DNA from: Glycera tridactyla
Taxonomy: Eukaryota
Length of the DNA stretch: 64,000 nucleotides
Assembly: GCA_965644265.1 (NCBI GenBank)
Contig: OZ286475.1
Span: forward strand, 76,632,001 to 76,696,000
Reading direction: 5' to 3'
This document shows, piece by piece, positions 36,710 to 46,957 of the stretch. Each line of letters begins with the position of its first letter. Positions within the stretch are counted from its first letter, which is position 1. Under the pieces are notes generated by a model, which had not been told where the DNA came from, made no database searches, and worked only from the letters and a program-made list of their open reading frames with translations. The translations under genes and the position numbers were made by a program.

Positions 36710-39302
36710 CAGTTGGCCAGTGGGAACTCAACCCACAATGGCTCCAAGGAAAGACATTGAGAAATCAGTAGCGGGCAACCAAACACCACCCACAGAAACA
36801 CCACAGAGACCAATATCAAACAAACAAATAGCGAGCAAAACAAAACCCAAATCACCAACACCGCCATCATCTCCAAACAAAACCATACCAAGAAACACTA
36901 AAGAGGGGGATTCTGATAACTTTTCTGACGACGTGCTAACCCTACATCCAGAAGGGGATTGGGATGCGAGTGGTGGTGGTGGTGGTGCTGGTGGTGATGA
37001 CGACCACAATGATAGTGTTGTCGTTTCTGGTTCTGTTCATATCGGGGACAAGTTCTCGGGTGTCGAACCACATCGGTCGAAGAAATCGGGGGGGAAGAAG
37101 AAACGGGGTGTCTCCAAACCAAAGGGGGGTGGGGAATCATCATCATCCTCCTCCAAACCAGACTCGACTTCGAAGAAGGACTCGGGTAGGAAAAGGACTA
37201 GCGAGTCCGCTTCCTCTCCGTCCGAATCGCCTATTAAAGTGTCGTCACCGAGAGGGTTAGAAACCCCACCGGGGAGCGGAAAAACCACGCGGCGAGAAAA
37301 AAAAGAAAATCGAATTCTTCTTCCGAAGATAGACCGGAGGATAAAACGAAGGCCCCTAAAAGAAAAAGGAACCAGAAGGAAGTGTGCGAAAATAGCTTCC
37401 TAGAGAACACTCCCGCGTCAGGAATATCTCGACTATACCTAAGATACCAAAGAAGACGTCGGGTACGTCATCGTCTTCTACTTCTACCCAACAGGCCTCT
37501 ATCACTTCACTGATCTATAAATCTCCTTTGACCCCACAAGAGGAAGTTTCCGAAAATTGTTTCGAATCCCCCACGACGATGAGGCCACGTGGGTTTTATG
37601 GTGTCCTATATAACTTCAGTCGGGGATCCTCTGCGGAATCGATCCATTCGGGACTGGACGACTAACAAGCTTCACCGCCACTAATCACCAGCACTTCGCG
37701 GAGCTCTCTGTCTCTGATTTCTTTGTCAGTGGAGCCTCATCCGAGAATCAAACAAGGGAAGATCCAATCGCGAGGAAAGCGGGATCGCCGATCGATACTT
37801 CTTAACAGAGAGATCCATATATAAGGTGAGTTATCGTTTATAAAAACACTTCAAAGGACCTGGGCAAACATGCGGCCACCTGATTGTTCACACAGGGGGG
37901 CTCGATCCCCGATAAAGGGGTTTCTCGGTTCTCACCGTTATCGTCGCCGCCGCCGCTTCTCACGATCATCATTGTCCTTGTCGCCATGATTGTCCTTGTC
38001 GCCGTCGCTCCCGTTCCCCGTTTTGAAGATGGAGGAATATTCAACGGGGTCGAATTTGGCTTTACATATGATATCCAATGTGGCTCTCATTATGAAAACC
38101 AGAGTATTACACTCTCATGTCGGCGATAACTATAGCGATATCGAGGATTCTTTGACTACTAGTAGTGGTGGTGACTCTGGTACTACCGAAAGTAACGGGA
38201 GCAATAGCAACGGAGGCCATTTTTATGAACCGGAGAGCGGAAAATTATGCGAGGATCACTTTAACTGTAGAGAGTCTCGACTGGTTTTTCTTCGGGGATT
38301 CTTTAACGGAGGAAAACATGGTTCCCAAAACACGGATGCGTGAGAGTGCTTATATTTACTCCGATTAGTCTATGTATTCGGAAGCTCTTATCTATCTATC
38401 TGTCTATCTATCTTTTTGTTTATGTTGCTCTTTATCTGTCTATCTATCCTATCTATTTACCTGTCTATTTATCCATCTATCCGCCCATCTACCTACCCAT
38501 CCATCCATCCATCCATCCATCCATCTACCATCTGTCCATATATTCGTGCCCCCCTGATCTAATTTTCCTCGTTTCTTTTTCTAATCTTATAGTTGTGGCT
38601 GTGTTATTGACGAATATCGGGGAAAGGAGGAAGTAGAAGAGAACGAAGAGGCGAACGAGTGGTCCCGCGTTCTACAGTATTTGCGGATAAGCTCCACCTC
38701 CATAAAACTTCATCGCCGAGGACTTCGTTCCGGAGAGAAAGTTTTGGCCGGGTCCGTTGACGGTCTTTATCCGCCCAAAGGATCAGCGGACTTCATCTCG
38801 CTAGTTCGACTCCAGACGGTCAACTTACCTTCTGCTCAATCATCGAGGCCGTCGCCCCCGCCGTCACCCTTCGTTCATGTGCCGACCCCTTTTAGCGCCG
38901 CCCGGCGCCCAGTGGAGCGACACGTGGAGAGAATGCAAAACGGTCACGTCACACTGAGTCCAAGGAAATCGGATATCTTGATATCTACAGCAATACAGGC
39001 TGTTACAGGTAGTGTCAATCACGGGTCTGAAAATACCAGGACGACTAGTCAGAACTACGCAGTTATTAGATCTATACTTAATGGGAAATCGCTCAACGAT
39101 AAAACAACAACACATAAGAGTACCACCCCTAATAATAGTGTCGGTGCTCTCAACGGAACTTTTGTCGGGGACGAGGATCTAAGAAGAAGTATTTTTTTTG
39201 GTCTTGGTGGCTCCCCTATCGACTTTATTACAGGCGATCTGGAACTTTCGGGGAGCGCGCTGTCATCATCGGTCTCAAACGATAGGCTGTATTATCATTG
39301 TC

Positions 39303-39337
<35 letters not shown>

Positions 39338-39629
39338 GCAATTTATTCAACAACGAACCAACTAACAGAAATATATCCAACACAGGTAGAGACAATACCC
39401 ACACAGGTAGAAGACATATTGCGTAGCGCGATGGATGGTGCAGGTATTGGTGCAGGAGAGACCATGTTACCTGCGGAGACATTAAGTAATCAAACAATCA
39501 ATCAATCGGAACTGGATAGTATTTTATCAAATGTGTCTTTTCCAGAGTTCCTCGACTTCGCATCACTTCAACCTCTTGGCGACAATAATCTTACTCAAAC
39601 AATAATACCGCCACCACCACCACAACCAC

Positions 39630-39663
<34 letters not shown>

Positions 39664-40533
39664 CAGTTGGCCAGTGGGAACTCAACCCACAATGGCTCCA
39701 AGGAAAGACATTGAGAAATCAGTAGCGGGCAACCAAACACCACCCACAGAAACACCACAGAGACCAATATCAAACAAACAAATAGCGAGCAAAACAAAAC
39801 CCAAATCACCAACACCGCCATCATCTCCAAACAAAACCATACCAAGAAACACTAAAGAGGGGGATTCTGATAACTTTTCTGACGACGTGCTAACCCTACA
39901 TCCAGAAGGGGATTGGGATGCGAGTGGTGGTGGTGGTGGTGCTGGTGGTGATGACGACCACAATGATAGTGTTGTCGTTTCTGGTTCTGTTCATATCGGG
40001 GACAAGTTCTCGGGTGTCGAACCACATCGGTCGAAGAAATCGGGGGGGAAGAAGAAACGGGGTGTCTCCAAACCAAAGGGGGGTGGGGAATCATCATCAT
40101 CCTCCTCCAAACCAGACTCGACTTCGAAGAAGGACTCGGGTAGGAAAAGGACTAGCGAGTCCGCTTCCTCTCCGTCCGAATCGCCTATTAAAGTGTCGTC
40201 ACCGAGAGGGTTAGAAACCCCACCGGGGAGCGGAAAAAACCACGCGGCGAGAAAAAAAAGAAAATCGAATTCTTCTTCCGAAGATAGACCGGAGGATAAA
40301 ACGAAGGCCCCTAAAAGAAAAAGGAACCAGAAGGAAGTGTGCGAAAATAGCTTCCTAGAGAACACTCCCCGCGTCAGGAATATCTCGACTATACCTAAGA
40401 TACCAAAGAAGACGTCGGGTACGTCATCGTCTTCTACTTCTACCCAACAGGCCTCTATCACTTCACTGATCTATAAATCTCCTTTGACCCCACAAGAGGA
40501 AGTTTCCGAAAATTGTTTCGAATCCCCCACGAC
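34624..40533 (+). repeat. Head-to-tail tandem duplication (34624-37577 and 37578-40533)
   Basis: Offset 2954 throughout. Junction ...CCCCCACGAC|GATGAGGCC. Copy 1 lacks one A (37280-37284) and one C (37412-37414). Confidence 0.96.
35075..37577 (+). pseudogene. Truncated and frameshifted copy of the spliced IE-like gene
   Basis: Same exons and introns as 38029-41725 (introns 34872-35074 and 35386-35638), but with two 1-nt homopolymer deletions and cut by the duplication junction. Confidence 0.82.
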
Positions 40534-41725
40534 AATAGAAAACGTTACGCACTCTATTCTCAAATCAAGGTCCAAGTCTAGCGCCCATTCTCCACCTCGG
40601 TCTCGTTCTCCTTCCCCTTGTTCTTCCCACTCCTCCTCCTCTTGTTCTCCGAGCCGAAGCCACGATCGAAGCCGAGGTAAAAGCCGAGCTAGAAGCCGAG
40701 CTAGAAGCCGAAGCCAAGATAGAAGTCGAGGTAAAAGCCGAGCTAGAAGCCGAAGCCAAGATAGAACCCAAGATAGAAGCCGAGGTAGAAGCCAAGGTAG
40801 AGCCCGAGGTAAAAGCCGAGCTAGAAGCCGAGATAGAAGTCCAAGCCGAAGCCGAGGACGAAGCATGGGGCCGGAAAGTCGTTCGAATCGCTCTAAGAGT
40901 ATGAGTCGCCATACCGACTCTCATGAGGAGAGAAACCATCATCATCGCCGTGATTGTCGCCGTCGTTATGACGATAATGATGATCGCCGGTATCGCGGTC
41001 GTCGTGATGCTGGTGATAGTTGGCATCGTTCGGATCGTGGGGGGCGCCGGTGTCCTGAAATCGATCAATTTCGAAGTCACATGCGGTCTTTCTGGCAAAG
41101 GGATGGGGGGCGAAGCCACAGTTTTGTAGATTGGAATAGAAGAGGGGAGCGTTCCTTTAGAGAAGGACCAAGTCAAGCACGTTCGGACCACGAATACGAC
41201 TTCGACGATCAGAGCTACGATTGGAGAAACAGATACGGTTTATCTCTTAGTTACGAAGACTATTTAGCCTGGTATCGTTTTCAATCCCAATCTCAGAGTC
41301 ATCATCAGGTGTTGGGGTCGAGACAAGATTCCTCAGTTTGTTACTCCCCACATTCGTCTCTAGATTCGCATCGTCGGCGTTCCCAACAGTCAGACAATTA
41401 TTTTCACGGACAGTCTCACGAATATCCACGACCTTCAGAATTTTCACAATGGCAACCAGAACATCACCACCACCACCCCCTCACTCAGTATCCAAATCAG
41501 GCTCCACAGCCACAGCCACAACTACAACCACCGCCACCGCTACAACCACAATCCCGTGTACATTACAATCCCAATTTCATTCCACAGGAGAACCATGCCC
41601 AGAGAGAGAATCAAAATCAGACCCCAGATCAGTGGTTACGCGGGCCGAACGGTAGAGATGAGGTGGAATCATCGGAGATACCGAGATATTATACGCATAA
41701 ACAAGAGGCACGGGAGACAACATAG
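38029..41725 (+). CDS. Spliced immediate-early-like regulatory protein, ~1147 aa (poly-Q/P/S, basic NLS-like stretches, RS-repeat domain)
   Basis: Exon 38029-38339 joined via GT-AG intron 38340-38592 (polypyrimidine tract, CTAAT-like branch site) in frame to 38593-41725; 3444 nt = 1148 codons. A leader intron 37826-38028 ends immediately before the ATG. The regulatory function is inferred. Confidence 0.8.
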
Positions 41726-42218
41726 TCGCCTGTATAATCCTTCCCGTGGTATCGATGTTATGTGTGTATGTATGTATATACTATTTTGTGATCGCATGTA
41801 TCGAATGTTACGTCATGTTGTGTTATAACCTCTGTAGAGCTTCTCGGGTAGTCTCATTCACACATATGTAGAGAGACGTTTATATAAACTACTAAAACAA
41901 CTCTTTTCTCTTGTGTTTTTATTTTACCGGTATTTGTTCATAGATATTATTATCATCATCATCGCCATCCCTCTGCACCTATTTGATGACCCCCCTCCTC
42001 TTAATTTGTTTTGGGCCTAGAGAGTTAACCTACACTCCGTGACCCACTTGCCTCGTTCCAGAAGGAGGTGTAGACCTGACACAGATTGAGATGGAAGGCG
42101 TATAAGAACTAAACATTCGCCTTTGGGGATTTAGATGAGGATAGAAGAACGGGGAATCGAGTCTTAACAACAACAACTCCCTTCTCAGTATCATTATTTT
42201 AGACGGAGGAACGGGCTT

Positions 42219-44573
42219 GTGATGGCAGCAACCACACATAATGACCCTAACGGGGACATGGCGTGTATCTGGTTGTACCCGGCAGAGTTCTTAACGAAAG
42301 ACGAGCGAATGTTAGGTCAGCAGACAATCTTCCCGTACATGATCAAAAAGATCTTGAAGTTCGGCCCGGTATCCGAATTTTTCACCGATGCTTACAAAAC
42401 CCGACAACTGGTTCGCGTCGATCTTCGGGCCACCAGTAAACTAGCCGAGGATGAAGAGGCTTTGAGAAGAACGACGTTGAACTCGGTCCTACTGGACAAC
42501 AATCCCAAACACGGGAAACCGAACATGGTCGTACTTTGCGATAAGTATCTGCGCCGGCTCCTGAGTATTCTCCTGACTGTGTTTAAATGGAATCAGAGGC
42601 ACATCCACGACAAGGAAATCTATGAAGACATGTTAAAAGTTAAAAGGAACGTGCCGGGGGAAGAATTCGAAAACCTCTCCTTGCTTTCTAAACACAGTTA
42701 TGTGTTTCACGCCCGTTCCAAAGACTTCTTCCACATATCCGGAAACATTTCGGATTCTTATTCGATCTTGGAGCGCCTCGTGGGCAACAAGCTGGTCCCC
42801 TGGTGGTCTACCGCATTTTGGACCAATCTAGATATCGAGGGCATATCCGAGAGCAAAATCTTAAATAAACTGAGGTCGGAGTTTTCAGATTTAGTGAGGC
42901 TCTTTGAGAACTATAACCCTATCCCCGAGGGTTCTTACAGCGCCAACAATGAGCGGGTTTCCATGCCCCTGCAGATTGGTATGCACGTGCACGAAAACCT
43001 CGCACTCCAGCTGATTTCCGACGCTCACATTTACACGAAAGAGGACTGCGCTGGCGGAAAGACCAGAGTGGTGTTTAAGAAACCCGGGCGAACCATTCTT
43101 CCCGGCGGGCTCGTGGGAGCGACCCCAGACGTGGTGGTTTATTTCGCCGATAAACACACCGAAGAAACGGCGATGAATATCGAAAGAGAGGAGGAGGACG
43201 ATCACAGTTGCTTTGATAACTGGGACTGGTCGAACGATCACGAATTCGAACAGGAGGAAGCACCCGCGCCTAACCCGAACGAACATAAACCCTCCAGAAT
43301 ACCCCAATACATATACGAGTTGAAAACACTGACTAGGCGCAGGCTTTCTACCGAATCCATTAAAACCAAGCTCGACGAGTACTACATTGAACACACGTTA
43401 TGCAATGAGGGCGATTCGTCCAGTTTTATTTGGGTAGAAAGCCAAGGAGAGGCGCCCTACTATCACATAACATTGAACGAAGCCGAATCGCTAGGAATCT
43501 ACAACAAAGAGTTGAAGCAGAAAAAGGAGGAGGAGGAAGGGACTGACGCGGATCGTTGTTTTTCGTCGGCCATGAGGGCTGCGTCTCTGGTCATTCACTA
43601 TTTGGACGAGCCCCTACTCCTCCGACCCCCTATGCTAAAACTGAGTTCTGCTCCGCCGAACGCCAAACTCAACGACAAGTATGTCTTCAACCCAGAGAGC
43701 AGAGAAAAAATCTACGATAGAAAAATGAAGACAATGAAAACCGAGGGAGCCCAAAAGGGCTGTTCCTGTGGAGCGATCACAAATCCCTTTTTCCGGGGAT
43801 CCGACTTCCTATCGGCGCGTGTGACAAAAGAAGAAAACGCGAGGATCCAGGGACACCCCTCGCCCATCTGGAAGAAGCTTGAGGCCGGAGGCGATGTTGG
43901 AGATCGGGTCGATTTGAGTAAACATCAACACGGAGCGAACAGACAGCCGACCGAATACAGTAAATTTGACGATCCCCACGTTCTTCTTGCTCACATGGGG
44001 GAACACCGATACATTCTCCCCTGGGATAGTGTCGATGTTGGACATCACGGCTTCATCGGGGACACTCTCAACCCGAGGGCAAAATCTCGATGTGTGCTGT
44101 ACTCTTACGCCGAACCTCTTCAAAAATACGCCGTTATCGATTACGAGGTAGCCCCCTACGTCCTATCGCCAACGTCCGATTACTTCAAACAGATTCTACA
44201 GGAGGTTAACGCGTATCAACAGCTCAACGAGGAAATCCGAGCCTTCATAACGATCGTCTTCTTGTATCGAACCGAATCGGATGATGTCAGTGTAGAGTCG
44301 AATAGAGTGGCGGCAACTTACACGACGGAGGTTCGGATCACAAAAGCAATGATGGCGGTTTACACGGCGAACGTGATTTCTCAGGTTTTTCGAGAACACC
44401 AAGCGATCATTCGTTACTGCAAACAAGACCTCTATCCGGACTCCTGGTCGCACTCTGAGAAGAAAGAGCAGCGGAACCGCGAGCGAAAAACCGTCCAAAT
44501 GTACAAGCCTTTTCTGGACGAACTCGTCGAGGCCCTCCACAACACTAGGACGGAAACGTTTATAATGGGATAG
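42219..44573 (+). CDS. Alkaline exonuclease-like PD-(D/E)xK nuclease, herpesvirus UL12/BGLF5-type, 784 aa
   Basis: Ordered motifs LQIGMHVHENLA, GLVGATPDVVV, YIYELKT and SPTSDYFKQILQE, the last resembling the herpes NPRHPNFKQIL motif as I recall it. ATG at 42222. Confidence 0.8.
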   Translation: MMAATTHNDPNGDMACIWLYPAEFLTKDERMLGQQTIFPYMIKKILKFGPVSEFFTDAYKTRQLVRVDLRATSKLAEDEEALRRTTLNSVLLDNNPKHGKPNMVVLCDKYLRRLLSILLTVFKWNQRHIHDKEIYEDMLKVKRNVPGEEFENLSLLSKHSYVFHARSKDFFHISGNISDSYSILERLVGNKLVPWWSTAFWTNLDIEGISESKILNKLRSEFSDLVRLFENYNPIPEGSYSANNERVSMPLQIGMHVHENLALQLISDAHIYTKEDCAGGKTRVVFKKPGRTILPGGLVGATPDVVVYFADKHTEETAMNIEREEEDDHSCFDNWDWSNDHEFEQEEAPAPNPNEHKPSRIPQYIYELKTLTRRRLSTESIKTKLDEYYIEHTLCNEGDSSSFIWVESQGEAPYYHITLNEAESLGIYNKELKQKKEEEEGTDADRCFSSAMRAASLVIHYLDEPLLLRPPMLKLSSAPPNAKLNDKYVFNPESREKIYDRKMKTMKTEGAQKGCSCGAITNPFFRGSDFLSARVTKEENARIQGHPSPIWKKLEAGGDVGDRVDLSKHQHGANRQPTEYSKFDDPHVLLAHMGEHRYILPWDSVDVGHHGFIGDTLNPRAKSRCVLYSYAEPLQKYAVIDYEVAPYVLSPTSDYFKQILQEVNAYQQLNEEIRAFITIVFLYRTESDDVSVESNRVAATYTTEVRITKAMMAVYTANVISQVFREHQAIIRYCKQDLYPDSWSHSEKKEQRNRERKTVQMYKPFLDELVEALHNTRTETFIMG

Positions 44574-44601
44574 AGGCTTAAGGAGGCGGTTTTTAATATA
44601 T

Positions 44602-45270
44602 TTGTGTATCTATTTGTGTATCCATTCTCGCAAAGCTCTATCGGACCCGCTGTACACGTGGTCCCTCTCCTGTCCGCTGAGCGTATCTAAGATCATCAGA
44701 ACCGTGACCCCGTGCAACAGGTGCATAATAAAGGTGGACTGCGGGTGTCTTCTCCAGGCGCCCGGCGAATTCTACATTCCGCTTCAGGTAGCCGACTGCG
44801 ACCTGTCCACGACGCCGGCCGAGCCAACGATCGTCCCCGCCTACCCGGTAAACTTACCGGTCCTGCACTCTCTGTACAGCGCGGATCAACTCGACGATAT
44901 TCGCGGCAGCTCCGTCAAGGACGACTGGAACAACATAGACATTCCAGAATTTGAGCCGTTCGGGTACGAGTGGAATCAAACGGCGCAGGTTAGCGAAAAA
45001 TATTCTTCCGATCTAAAGAAACTAGCGGAGGAGAGCAGCAAACGAGCGGAGGTCTACCACACAAAGGCGGACGCGATGTTAAAAGAGGCAACGGATTTCA
45101 CTGACTTGAGTCTCAGCCACGCCAAAGATCTGGAGGAAAAGTTTGGCGATCTCAGTTGGTTGGGCACTCTGAATTTCGACACGGCCCAGGCCGGCGGTAT
45201 CATCGGCATAATCATAGTAACTCTGACCTTCATAATGGGCATATATAACTGTTGGCGGGTCACCAGATAG
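44602..45270 (+). CDS. C-terminal part of a class I viral fusion glycoprotein (baculovirus F/env-like); 3' exon or remnant
   Basis: PCNRCIIKVDCGC...FYIPLQVADC...YPVNLPVLHSL Cys pattern, helical stem and C-terminal TM (GGIIGIIIVTLTFIMGIY). No N-terminal ATG; possible splice acceptor at 44634-44635. Confidence 0.62.
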   Translation: MCIYLCIHSRKALSDPLYTWSLSCPLSVSKIIRTVTPCNRCIIKVDCGCLLQAPGEFYIPLQVADCDLSTTPAEPTIVPAYPVNLPVLHSLYSADQLDDIRGSSVKDDWNNIDIPEFEPFGYEWNQTAQVSEKYSSDLKKLAEESSKRAEVYHTKADAMLKEATDFTDLSLSHAKDLEEKFGDLSWLGTLNFDTAQAGGIIGIIIVTLTFIMGIYNCWRVTR

Positions 45271-45307
45271 TAGATTGTCGTCGTCGGATTGCTGAAGGCG
45301 CGTCGAA

Positions 45308-46957
45308 ATGGCCTCTCCGCGGCGCTCCGAAAATGACACTCAGATAGACTACGATACCTACGTGGATTTCATTCTAGAAAACAAAATAGACATAATCTCG
45401 GCGTTTGGAAACACGAGGTACCCGTTCATCCCAAACGAACTCACCGTTTTAGATCCCCTCTCTCAAGGCAACATTCACTTCCAGATAAAGAAGATTTTCG
45501 AGGAGTACCAACGAAAAGGCTGGATCGGCAAGAATCTCCGATACGTTTCCTCGGGACTGATTTCTAAAAAGGGGCTGATCCTGCCGTGTTCAGAGAAAGT
45601 AATCACGGGGCCCGGCGGAGGCCTGACTCTAACGTTCACCAGAGCCCCCGAGGTGGTCATGGGGAAACTGGCCAACCTCTTTTATTTTAAAGACCAAGTA
45701 AACGTCTCGACGGGTAAACGGACCCGCTACGTCAAAGATAGACTCCAAGATCCAACTCTTTATTACGCCATCCTTCAATTGTGTTTTCTACTACAGAGGG
45801 CTTGGAATCCGCCGAATCCGGGCACCGCTCACCCCTTTCGTAAAATCATCTCCGCTCTAGACTTTTTATTCAAGAAGCACACCTCCGCCGATCGCCTGGA
45901 GGAAAAAGAACATCTGCATTACATCCTAGAGAACATTCGGTTCAGCTCCGGCAAGATACTGCGCCGCTTCAACACGTTTCCGTTCAAGAGTCGCTATTCC
46001 TTCATTCACAAGTTCAACACGGAGACCAAACGTTTAAGTCTGGAATTCATAAACGAAGGAGCTCTGCTCCAGATAGCGGACGGGATCAAGCTGACCGAAA
46101 TTCTCCACGCCGAGGAACCCGACATCAACTTCGCGCGTCGCCAAAGCGTCATGGAAGACATCTTAAACACCTCCACGGGACTATCCAGCGAGAACTTGAT
46201 GCAATTGATACAGACCATTCTCCTGATGATGACCAGCGGTCGGGGGGAGACAAACTATCGGGAGTGGGGGGACCTCTCGAAGATTACCGCAAGAACAAAA
46301 GACTACGTGGATCAGGACATGCAGCTGCTGATCGTCAAACTCTCTGCGGCTCTTCGCTCTCGGATCAAAAATAAAATGATACAGTTGAATCACGAGAAGT
46401 GCACCTGCATGGCCAAGTGCGTCGGTCAGGAAATGGGAGCCCATCCGGAACTGACGAATCACTTCATCGACACGATTCACCCAACCTACCATTCGACCCT
46501 CAAGTGCGGCTTCTGCAATCTCTCCAACAGTTTGGAAAACACCACCTCGCAGAGGCCGCGAAAAGTGATCACGCAAGAACAACCCCAGTACCTTTCCTGC
46601 TCGTTGGACGGTTCCACAACGATCTACGCGGAACCCCTCTATTCGTTTAACTACAAACGAGACCCCCACAATCCGTCGGCGCCGATAACAAATGTCTCTG
46701 CTCCGTTTTTCCTTTACCTCACGAGCGTCTGTAACGTCTACGAGGAAACGAAAAAATCCCCGCGGAGTTCTTCCACAGGACGTTTTCTAACCGCCTGTTA
46801 CGGAAATAGACTCTGCGCTCAACGAGTGACGAATAAACTGGCTTCCTTCCTCAACAGCACGAAAGAAAACTCCTCGTCGAACTTCATGCAGAGTCCGCAG
46901 TGGTGGCAGTGTATATCGTGCGAAAACCTTTTAAAGGAGAAGCCCTCTCTGGGTTGA
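45308..46957 (+). CDS. Cys-rich (putative Zn-binding) viral protein, 549 aa, C-terminus cut by the inversion junction
   Basis: Good-context ATG; CTCMAKC, CGFC, CYGNRLC and CISC clusters. The last residues and the stop come from the inverted block starting at 46945. Confidence 0.78.
   Translation: MASPRRSENDTQIDYDTYVDFILENKIDIISAFGNTRYPFIPNELTVLDPLSQGNIHFQIKKIFEEYQRKGWIGKNLRYVSSGLISKKGLILPCSEKVITGPGGGLTLTFTRAPEVVMGKLANLFYFKDQVNVSTGKRTRYVKDRLQDPTLYYAILQLCFLLQRAWNPPNPGTAHPFRKIISALDFLFKKHTSADRLEEKEHLHYILENIRFSSGKILRRFNTFPFKSRYSFIHKFNTETKRLSLEFINEGALLQIADGIKLTEILHAEEPDINFARRQSVMEDILNTSTGLSSENLMQLIQTILLMMTSGRGETNYREWGDLSKITARTKDYVDQDMQLLIVKLSAALRSRIKNKMIQLNHEKCTCMAKCVGQEMGAHPELTNHFIDTIHPTYHSTLKCGFCNLSNSLENTTSQRPRKVITQEQPQYLSCSLDGSTTIYAEPLYSFNYKRDPHNPSAPITNVSAPFFLYLTSVCNVYEETKKSPRSSSTGRFLTACYGNRLCAQRVTNKLASFLNSTKENSSSNFMQSPQWWQCISCENLLKEKPSLG

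Noticed and set aside
37280-37414. Programmed frameshift in the first IE-like copy
   Set aside because: Two separate 1-nt homopolymer deletions relative to an otherwise identical copy; sequencing error or decay is more likely.
40471-41191. Minus-strand Leu/Arg and Ser/Ala/Thr repeat ORFs
   Set aside because: Antisense of the RS-repeat region.
42891-46669. Antisense ORFs of 100-170 aa within the nuclease and 549-aa genes
   Set aside because: Shadow frames of GC-balanced coding sequence with no motifs.
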